Assembly: GCA_037442925.1 (NCBI GenBank)
Contig: JBBIPG010000063.1
Location: 1-13,137, forward strand
Source: Candidatus Fraserbacteria bacterium
GTDB taxonomy: Bacteria; Bipolaricaulota; Bipolaricaulia; RBG-16-55-9
DNA length: 13,137 bases
Reading direction: 5' to 3'
Below, piece by piece: positions 7,156 to 13,137 of this stretch (position 1 is its first letter; the number at the start of each line of letters is the position of its first letter). The notes beneath the pieces are model-generated. The model was not told the origin of the DNA, ran no database searches, and worked only from the letters and a program-made list of their open reading frames with translations. The position numbers were made by a program, and so were the translations under genes.

Positions 7156-9269
7156 AGGGGACGAACACGGGACAACTAAGCCCGATCATCGCGCCCCGCT
7201 CCGTGGCCGTGATTGGTGCCTCCACACGGCCGGATTCGATCGGTCGAGCTGTCTTCGCCAACATCCTCTTCCACAGCTTTCAGGGGATCGTCTATCCCGT
7301 CAACCCCAAGGCTCACAGCATATTGGGGGTGCGAGCCTACCCTTCTGTACGGGAGATCCCTGATGAAGTGGATCTAGCTGTGATCGTTGTGCCTGCGGCG
7401 GGGGTGCCCCAAGTGCTGGAGGAGTGCGGGCACAAGGGCGTTCGAGGAGCCGTTGTGATCAGCGCGGGCTTCAAGGAGATCGGACCCGCAGGTGCCGCCC
7501 TGGAATCGCAACTCATAGAGATCGTGCGAAAGTACAAGATCTCGCTCATCGGACCAAACTGTCTGGGGATCATCAATACCGATCCGTCCGTCTCGTTGGA
7601 TGCCACATTCGCGCGAGTCATCCCGCGGGCCGGGAATATTGCCTTGGTCTCTCAGAGTGGGGCTGTAGGCGCCACGGCTCTAGAATACGCCCAGATGGAG
7701 GGCATTGGGCTCTCCAAGTTCATCTCGTTGGGCAACAAGGCCGATCTCAACGAGAATGATCTTTTGGCAGCGCTTCGAGAGGATCGAGAGAGCGATGTCA
7801 TCTTGCTCTATTTGGAAGACCTCGTAGACCCGAAAGGCTTTTTGGATCTCGCTCAGGAGATCACCGGCGAGAAACCGATCTTGGCGATCAAATCCGGCCG
7901 GACACGGGAGGGAGCCAAGGCCGCATCGTCGCACACGGGTGCCCTGGCAGGCTCCGATGAACTCTACGACTCGCTCTTCCTGCAAGCGGGTGTGCTCCGC
8001 GTGGAATCCCTGGAGGAACTATTCGAGTATGCTGTGGCCTTCGCGAATCAACCCACACCTCGGGGCAATCGAGTGGCCATCGTCACGAACGCGGGCGGTC
8101 CCGGTATCATGGCCACGGACGCCTGTGTGAGACACGGCTTGCAGCTGGCGGAGTTCAGCGAGAAGACCCAGCAGTCTCTAAGGCAAGGGCTGCCTGTTAC
8201 AGCCAGCGTCCACAACCCTGTGGATCTGATCGGAGATGCGAACGAGGATCGCTATGAGCTGGCGCTCCAAGCGGCACTCGCTGACGAAAACGTGGACGCC
8301 TGCTTGGTCATCTGCGGTCCTCGCGTCTTGTCGGATCAGAACGCCATCGCCCGTGTCGTCGCCAAGAGCGCCAGAGCTGAGAAACCGCTGCTGGCTTGCT
8401 TCATGGCCCTAGAAGAGATCGACGAGGTGTTCAACATCCTAGAAGAAGCGAAGGTCCCCAATTACCGCTTTCCCGAAGACGCAGCACGCGCGCTCGCCAA
8501 GATGGCTCAGTATGAGACTTGGGTTCATCGCCCTCGCACGCAGTTCAGAAGCTTCTCTGATATAGATCGTGCTCAGGCGAAGGCGATCACCTCACGCGCT
8601 CAGGCCGAGGGACGCCGATTCTTGCCGGAGCCCGAAGCCCATGCCCTCTTGAAGGCGTACGGCTTCCCGGTGCTGAAATCCCATCTGGTCAAGACAGAGG
8701 ACGAGGCAGCACAGTCAGCCAATGAAATCGGCTACCCCGTCGTCTTGAAGATCGTCTCACCGGACATCATTCATAAAGTAGACGTAGGAGGCGTCAAGCT
8801 AAACCTCCAAAGTGAAATACAAGTACGCCATGCCTACCGGGAGTTGATGTCGGCTGTGATATCTGTGCAGCCCCAGGCGAAGATCTGGGGAGCCTTCGTT
8901 CAGCAGCACATCTCGGGAGGGAAGGAGATCATCTTGGGCCTCAAGCGTGACCCGCATTTCGGTCCCCTCTTGATGTTTGGTCTGGGTGGCATCTATGTGG
9001 AAGTCCTCAAGGATGTGACGATGCGCATTGCGCCCATTCGTGCGCTAGGGGCTTACCGCATGATCGAGCAGATTCGTGGCTACAAGATCCTCGCGGGATA
9101 CCGCGGTGAGCCCCCCTCGGACATTGACGCGATGGCAGAGTGTTTGCTGAGGCTCTCGCAGCTCTCGCAAGAAGTCGACGAGATCGAGGAACTGGACATC
9201 AACCCGCTGATCGTGTTTACCAAGGGTGAGGGAGCCCGGGTCGTGGATGCCAGAATACTCTTAAAATAA
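7152..9269 (+). CDS. ADP-forming acetate/acyl-CoA ligase, fused alpha-beta (CoA-binding plus ATP-grasp)
   Basis: PRSVAVIGAS, GPNCLG, SQSGA, SLGNKADL, AASSHTGALAG (phospho-His), TNAGGPG and NPVDL, then an ATP-grasp region with GYPVVLKIVSPDIIHKVDVGGV, FGPLLMFGLGG and ELDINPL. There is no GNAT tail. The likely start is ATG 7152 (ATGA overlap with larC), not 7065. Confidence 0.93.
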   Translation: MKGTNTGQLSPIIAPRSVAVIGASTRPDSIGRAVFANILFHSFQGIVYPVNPKAHSILGVRAYPSVREIPDEVDLAVIVVPAAGVPQVLEECGHKGVRGAVVISAGFKEIGPAGAALESQLIEIVRKYKISLIGPNCLGIINTDPSVSLDATFARVIPRAGNIALVSQSGAVGATALEYAQMEGIGLSKFISLGNKADLNENDLLAALREDRESDVILLYLEDLVDPKGFLDLAQEITGEKPILAIKSGRTREGAKAASSHTGALAGSDELYDSLFLQAGVLRVESLEELFEYAVAFANQPTPRGNRVAIVTNAGGPGIMATDACVRHGLQLAEFSEKTQQSLRQGLPVTASVHNPVDLIGDANEDRYELALQAALADENVDACLVICGPRVLSDQNAIARVVAKSARAEKPLLACFMALEEIDEVFNILEEAKVPNYRFPEDAARALAKMAQYETWVHRPRTQFRSFSDIDRAQAKAITSRAQAEGRRFLPEPEAHALLKAYGFPVLKSHLVKTEDEAAQSANEIGYPVVLKIVSPDIIHKVDVGGVKLNLQSEIQVRHAYRELMSAVISVQPQAKIWGAFVQQHISGGKEIILGLKRDPHFGPLLMFGLGGIYVEVLKDVTMRIAPIRALGAYRMIEQIRGYKILAGYRGEPPSDIDAMAECLLRLSQLSQEVDEIEELDINPLIVFTKGEGARVVDARILLK

Positions 9270-9283
9270 GAGAGAAAGCTCTG

Positions 9284-9312
9284 TTGCTTTCATCGAATAC
9301 TTGTGGTATAAC
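9284..9312 (+). promoter_or_regulatory. sigma70-type promoter with extended -10, probably giving a leaderless transcript
   Basis: TTGCTT (9284-9289), 17 nt, TATAAC (9307-9312), with TG at 9304-9305. ATG 9321 is only 8 nt downstream and has no SD. Confidence 0.72.
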
Positions 9313-9320
9313 GGCCTTCA

Positions 9321-9677
9321 ATGTTCGCAAGATTTGCGCGCCATGCAATCATTTTGCTGATCATCGTCGCCCTGGATGCAAGCGCGGTCGCTGTAACGTG
9401 CTTGCATCGCTGGCACCTACATGAGTCTTCCGCAGCCTCCGAAGATGGCCACAGCAGCTCGCATCATCACGATACTACTGACCATGACTGTCACCTCCTT
9501 CATAATAGCTATGCTTCCCCAGTTCTTCTAATCCCTGGCAGCTGTGATCAAGCCACGACTGCTACAGACATTCTCCCGGAATTCCAATTGCTCACTTCGC
9601 TTCGCGCAACCTCTCACACCTTCTCGCTACAGCCTTACCACCCTCCTCCCCTCAAACCCCCGAAACTCCTTTCCTAG
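9321..9677 (+). CDS. Putative exported His/Cys-rich leader (arrest-type) peptide, DUF2946-like architecture
   Basis: Signal-peptide-like N-terminus (MFARFARHAIILLIIVALDASAVA). Ten His plus C27 and C57 fall in residues 27-61. The C-terminus is YHPPPLKPPKLLS. It is the first ORF after the promoter and directly upstream of the copC-like genes. Confidence 0.7.
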   Translation: MFARFARHAIILLIIVALDASAVAVTCLHRWHLHESSAASEDGHSSSHHHDTTDHDCHLLHNSYASPVLLIPGSCDQATTATDILPEFQLLTSLRATSHTFSLQPYHPPPLKPPKLLS

Positions 9678-9715
9678 GCCTCGCTATACCCAAAACAGCA
9701 GATCTTTGAAAGGAG
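9666..9715 (+). promoter_or_regulatory. Anti-SD/SD hairpin sequestering the ribosome-binding site of the first copC-like gene
   Basis: CTCCTTTC (9666-9673) is the exact reverse complement of GAAAGGAG (9708-9715). Further inner pairs are 9676-78/9703-05, 9680-81/9700-01 and 9683-85/9697-99. Confidence 0.65.
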
Positions 9716-9724
9716 CTGGTGAAG

Positions 9725-10111
9725 ATGAAGAAAGTGAGTTTGGGTCTGTCTATCGTACTAACAGCCATCGGGTTGGGGCTACTCTTCGTAGGAGCAGCCT
9801 TCGGACATCCACGGGTCGAGACCTCAAACATCGCCGACGGGGCAGTTTTCAATCTCACACAAGTCCCAGGTCAGATCACCCTGACGTTCAACGAGGAGAT
9901 CGATCCCAAACGAAGTGTTGTCTACGTCGTCCGGCTTCAGGGACGCCGGATCGTGGACAACGGCAATCTCTTCATTGAGGAGAATCAGATGACGATCGGA
10001 GTCAATGCGCTCGATGAAGGAGTCTACCAGATCCGCTGGATTGCCGTCACCCCAGATGACGCCGGCTTTAGTGAAGGAACGATCACCTTTGCCGTGCACT
10101 TCGACTCGTAA
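9725..10111 (+). CDS. copC: CopC-like periplasmic/exported copper-binding protein (atypical, no DGH histidine)
   Basis: The signal peptide ends AFG|H, followed by HPRVETSNIADGAV, ITLTFNEEI and L.EGVYQIRWIAVTPDDAGFSEGTITFAV. ATG 9725 is 9 nt after AAGGAG. Confidence 0.85.
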   Translation: MKKVSLGLSIVLTAIGLGLLFVGAAFGHPRVETSNIADGAVFNLTQVPGQITLTFNEEIDPKRSVVYVVRLQGRRIVDNGNLFIEENQMTIGVNALDEGVYQIRWIAVTPDDAGFSEGTITFAVHFDS

Positions 10112-10132
10112 GCTACGCCTATGGAGGTTGCT

Positions 10133-10549
10133 ATGCAACGAAGAACGCAAGCTAGACTGACACAAGGGCTGACGCTGCTCCTAGCGGTTGTGGGAATGCT
10201 GTTCTTGATCGCGAGTGGAAGCGCAGCTCATCCTAACCTACGGGCGAACGAGTCCAGCCCTAGTCCAGGGGCCCTGCTAAACTCCTCACCCGCTAGAGTG
10301 CAGCTGGTCTTCAGCGTGGAGTCTCAGGGACTTGTCCCAGAACAGAGCTTCTTCTGGGTCATCAAGGAAAGTGGGCTGAGTGTGGTTGCCTTGGGCCAAG
10401 TCGATCTCAGCGTTGCCGATCGCAATGTCATGGCTGTAACGCTACCCCACCTGGACCCGGGCGTCTATCGAGTCAAATGGGTCGCGGTATCTTTCAGTGA
10501 TCAAGGCTTCAGCGAAGGCAGCTTCAGCTTTGCGGTCGCGGGCCAGTAA
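10133..10549 (+). CDS. copC: Second CopC-like exported protein (atypical, no DGH histidine)
   Basis: The signal peptide ends SAA|H, followed by SSPSPGALLNSSPARVQLVFS and LDPGVYRVKWVAVSFSDQGFSEGSFSFAV. GGAGG at 10123-10127 precedes ATG 10133. Confidence 0.83.
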   Translation: MQRRTQARLTQGLTLLLAVVGMLFLIASGSAAHPNLRANESSPSPGALLNSSPARVQLVFSVESQGLVPEQSFFWVIKESGLSVVALGQVDLSVADRNVMAVTLPHLDPGVYRVKWVAVSFSDQGFSEGSFSFAVAGQ

Positions 10550-10562
10550 GAAAGACGAGCTA

Positions 10563-10593
10563 CAGGGGAGACAGGCATCGCTTGTCTCCCCTG
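10563..10593 (+). other. Strong intergenic stem-loop (possible attenuator, processing/stability element or RBS occluder)
   Basis: CAGGGGAGACA (10563-10573) pairs perfectly with TGTCTCCCCTG (10583-10593) over 11 bp. Inner GU/GC/CG pairs could extend it. No long U-run follows. Confidence 0.7.
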
Positions 10594-10605
10594 CGTTCTG
10601 ACGTT

Positions 10606-12297
10606 ATGAACAGAGTGCTTACCGGCTTATTGCTCATCGCGGCCACCACGTGGCTCTCGGCCTCGACAGCTTTGGCTCATGCGTATCTTGTCAAGTCGGA
10701 GCCGCCGATCGGAGCCGTACTGGCGGCTCCACCGGAGCAGCTCCAACTCAGCTACAGCGAGGCGATTGAACCCAAATTCAGTCACTTCCGACTCTATGAT
10801 GCCCAAGGCAACAGAATCCTCGAACTACCCGCACAGCTGGAGCAAGATGGGCTACAAGCTGTTCTGAGCTTGAGCCCTGTGCCACCGGGTGTTTACACAC
10901 TGAGCTGGCAAGTGCTCTCAGCCGTGGATGGACACCTCACACAGGGGACGATCCCGTTTGCCGTGGGCGTGGATGCCGCTTTGTCATCGTCCATTGGGCA
11001 GGCTACCCAAACCACTTCTGCACCGCCGCTGGGGAGGCTGTTCACCCGCTGGGTAGGATTCTTGGCTACCATGATCCTGGTAGGAAGCCTCTTCTTCCCC
11101 CTGTTGCTTCCTGCCAAGAACGGGATTCCTCAAGAGAACCTCAAGGCAAGAAATCTGCTCCGGATCAGCTGGGGTGTGTTCGTTCTTGCTGGGGTGGCAG
11201 ATGTTCTCTTGCAAGCGCAGAGGCTGGGAACTTCTCTCATGGAAATACTAATGCAGAGCCGCTGGGGTAGCATGCAGCTGGCCAAAGCGAGTTTCGCCTT
11301 GGCTTTAGGGATCACGCTCTGCAACAGTGTGGAAGGCAGGTTCAACCTCTGGTTGGCAAGGTGCTTTTCCGCTCTCTTCCTACTCGCTTCTTCCATGTCG
11401 GGCCATAGCGCCGTGTTGGGACCCATGGGTGTGGCAGCCGACTGGGTTCACCAGCTGACCGTCGCCCTTTGGCTGGGAGGCCTGACGCAACTGGCCCTCA
11501 TTTGGTTCCCCCGAAGGCTACACCGATCTCCAGAGCAGCGGGCTACCTTGCTGAGCGAGCTTGTGTCCCGGTTCTCAAATCTAGCGCTCGTGAGCGTACT
11601 GTTGCTGCTGGGGAGCGGACTCTATGTGGCTTTACGCCAAGTTCCCTCATGGGGCGCGCTCACCTCCACCCTCTACGGTCAAGCCCTGCTCGCCAAACAC
11701 CTCTTGTTGCTTCCAGTCTTAGCGCTGGCAGCCATCAATCGCTGGCTGCTGAAACCCAGAATGATCGCTCGTGTTGCTCTTGTCTCCACCAACCCAGATC
11801 CGGTGAAGAGTGTCGAGAATACAGAGAACACGCTTTCGCATCTTCACAAGCTCATTGCTACAGAAGTGCTGGTTCTTGGAGTAATCGTCCTCTTCGCTGG
11901 TGTTCTGACGCTGACTGCACCGCCTCTCGGAGGTGCCGCTTCTGCGTTGCAGACGCCTCTGGAGCAACCACAGCTCTTCATTCAACCGCTGGGCCAGATC
12001 ACAGTCGCCCTGAGCGTGAGCCCGGTGCGCGTCGGCAAGAACGTCTTCGAGATCGCGGTGACAGATTCGAGCGGAAAGCCCGTCGAGGACATCTTGAAAG
12101 TCTGGATCGATTTTGTTTATCTCGATCAGCCGTTGGGATCGACTACAGCGGTGGCTCAACCGACCGGGGAAGGTCGATACCGCGTGGAGGGGGTTCTCAT
12201 GAGTCTACCTGGCAATTGGCATGTTACCGTCTCGGTCCGCCTCAAAGATAGAATCGATGACTTGAAGGCAGAGGTTCACCTCGTTGTGGAAAGATGA
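10606..12297 (+). CDS. CopC-CopD fusion copper uptake/resistance protein with a C-terminal YtkA/FixH-like domain (YcnJ-like)
   Basis: CopC domain: ALA|HAYLVKSEP...YSEAIE...GVYTLSWQVLSAVDGHLTQG. Multi-TM CopD region: GHSA, ADWVHQLTVALWLGGL, RFS, YGQALLAKH. Beta-rich C-terminal domain: P.RVGKNVFEI...G.Y......LPGNW.V.V. The start is ATG 10606 or TTG 10582. Confidence 0.92.
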   Translation: MNRVLTGLLLIAATTWLSASTALAHAYLVKSEPPIGAVLAAPPEQLQLSYSEAIEPKFSHFRLYDAQGNRILELPAQLEQDGLQAVLSLSPVPPGVYTLSWQVLSAVDGHLTQGTIPFAVGVDAALSSSIGQATQTTSAPPLGRLFTRWVGFLATMILVGSLFFPLLLPAKNGIPQENLKARNLLRISWGVFVLAGVADVLLQAQRLGTSLMEILMQSRWGSMQLAKASFALALGITLCNSVEGRFNLWLARCFSALFLLASSMSGHSAVLGPMGVAADWVHQLTVALWLGGLTQLALIWFPRRLHRSPEQRATLLSELVSRFSNLALVSVLLLLGSGLYVALRQVPSWGALTSTLYGQALLAKHLLLLPVLALAAINRWLLKPRMIARVALVSTNPDPVKSVENTENTLSHLHKLIATEVLVLGVIVLFAGVLTLTAPPLGGAASALQTPLEQPQLFIQPLGQITVALSVSPVRVGKNVFEIAVTDSSGKPVEDILKVWIDFVYLDQPLGSTTAVAQPTGEGRYRVEGVLMSLPGNWHVTVSVRLKDRIDDLKAEVHLVVER

Positions 12298-12344
12298 TAA
12301 GATGAGTGAGAGGGTCAAGTAACGGAGGGGGAGGTACGAAGCAC

Positions 12345-12935
12345 GTGAACAAACGCACTCTTCTCGTTCTGTTTGGCATTGCCACACTCATGCTCGTTGC
12401 CCCATCAGCATGGGCACACTACAGCATTTCCCGACGTGTCGAAAACTGGAACATCACGTTGTCTGTCATTGCCGTCCACTCTCTCGAACACGACGAGGAC
12501 GAAGGGGATACTGCCATCCGCGTGGGAGAACATGAGTTTGAGCTGAATGTACTGGACATCAGCCGCGGGTACCAGCCGGTCGACAACGCACAAATCCGGC
12601 TTCTCTTCCGGATGCCTGATCGCGACATGAGTGAACAATCGATCATCACAGACCCGCAAGGCCAAGGCAGTTACGTCGCGCGGGGGTCTTATCTCACTAT
12701 GGCCGGCCGCTGGCAGCTCGTCGCGGAGTTGAGCCTGACAGATCACGCTGAGCCCGTGCGCGCCGAGTTTGAACTCACCGTTGAGGAACCTTTGCCTGCG
12801 CGAGTGCCCTCTGGCCCACTCGGCCTCGGCCAGTCGAATACGCTCATACTGACAGTGGTCGGTCTAGTTTTGGCGTTGATTGTACTAACACTCGCCGCGT
12901 TTCGATGGAAGCGACAGAGGAGTAAGGAGGCATGA
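12345..12935 (+). CDS. Exported YtkA/FixH-like Ig-fold protein with a C-terminal membrane anchor
   Basis: GTG 12345 follows GGAGGT (12330-12335). The signal peptide ends AWA|H. It contains PVDNAQI.L.F.MPD.DM...G.G.Y.A.G..LTMAGRWQL and ends in a TM helix plus basic tail (RWKRQRSKEA). Confidence 0.78.
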   Translation: MNKRTLLVLFGIATLMLVAPSAWAHYSISRRVENWNITLSVIAVHSLEHDEDEGDTAIRVGEHEFELNVLDISRGYQPVDNAQIRLLFRMPDRDMSEQSIITDPQGQGSYVARGSYLTMAGRWQLVAELSLTDHAEPVRAEFELTVEEPLPARVPSGPLGLGQSNTLILTVVGLVLALIVLTLAAFRWKRQRSKEA

Positions 12936-12937
12936 GT

Positions 12938-13090
12938 ATGGCAAAGAGCAAGAAGACGGAGCAGGGCTCACCAGAGCCCATCCATGAGGGCGAGGGCCGT
13001 TTCCCTTGGTGGATCTGGGTAGCTGTGCTGCTCTGGCTCATCTATGCCTTTCTCATCGGCCCATTCGACCTGACGAGTCCAGGGAGGTAG
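12938..13090 (+). CDS. Small single-pass membrane protein, 50 aa (absent from the ORF track)
   Basis: A strong SD AAGGAGG (12924-12930) lies 7 nt before ATG 12938. Translation: MAKSKKTEQGSPEPIHEGEGRFPWWIWVAVLLWLIYAFLIGPFDLTSPGR*. It fills the intergenic gap exactly. Confidence 0.75.
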   Translation: MAKSKKTEQGSPEPIHEGEGRFPWWIWVAVLLWLIYAFLIGPFDLTSPGR

Positions 13091-13097
13091 AGAGGAG

Positions 13098-13137
13098 ATG
13101 GAGAAACAAGCGATCAAGCTATGGTTCTTCTCGTCGC
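13098..13137 (+). CDS. Start of a further gene, truncated by the window edge (MEKQAIKLWFFSS...)
   Basis: The ATG follows purine-rich GGAGGTAGAGAGGAG and the frame is open to the window end. Only 13 codons are visible, so the product cannot be assigned. Confidence 0.55.
   Translation, partial: MEKQAIKLWFFSS

Noticed and set aside
9685..9691. TATACCC as a CsoR-type copper operator
   Set aside because: It is only a half-site; there is no matching GGGTA arm.
9544..9978. 144-aa + strand ORF bridging the leader and first copC
   Set aside because: It overlaps two better-supported ORFs out of frame and has no SD or recognisable features.
11469..12251. 260-aa alternative + frame ORF inside the CopCD gene
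   Set aside because: It is fully nested in a well-supported gene, is Arg/Ser/Ala-rich with no motifs, and looks like a typical shadow ORF of GC-rich DNA.
12790..12935. Sortase-type sorting signal (LPARV + TM + basic tail)
   Set aside because: It does not match LPxTG and lies too far from the hydrophobic segment. A plain C-terminal membrane anchor explains it.
129..13041. All minus-strand ORFs in the track
   Set aside because: They are antisense to recognisable + strand genes, and none shows a family motif or a convincing RBS.
1..13137. CRISPR arrays, tRNA/rRNA genes, transposases or integrases
   Set aside because: I saw no regularly spaced repeats, structural RNA signatures or recombinase motifs, and the intergenic gaps are too short.

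Overview
All credible genes lie on the + strand, in three blocks. (1) 1-5340 is the end of a surface-glycan locus: a partial GT4 glycosyltransferase, a PglC-like phosphoglycosyltransferase, a PglD-like acetyltransferase, a DegT/PglE-like aminotransferase and a PglF/CapD-like dehydratase. This resembles the di-N-acetylbacillosamine initiation pathway. It is split by a RHH-antitoxin/Doc-toxin pair that has its own promoter. (2) 5380-9269 holds a Uma2 endonuclease, larC and a fused ADP-forming acyl-CoA synthetase. (3) 9284-end is a copper-handling operon: two atypical CopC-like proteins, a CopC-CopD-YtkA fusion, a membrane-anchored YtkA-like protein, an unannotated 50-aa membrane protein and a truncated gene. 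The most notable element is the 118-aa ORF heading block 3. It looks like a leaderless, exported, His/Cys-rich leader peptide ending in a polyproline arrest-like motif (HPPPLKPP). Its last codons are exactly complementary to the Shine-Dalgarno of the first copC-like gene. This suggests a metal-sensing ribosome-stalling switch, analogous to but divergent from DUF2946/CruR/CutF. All assignments come from motif recognition by eye; no searches or folding calculations were run.
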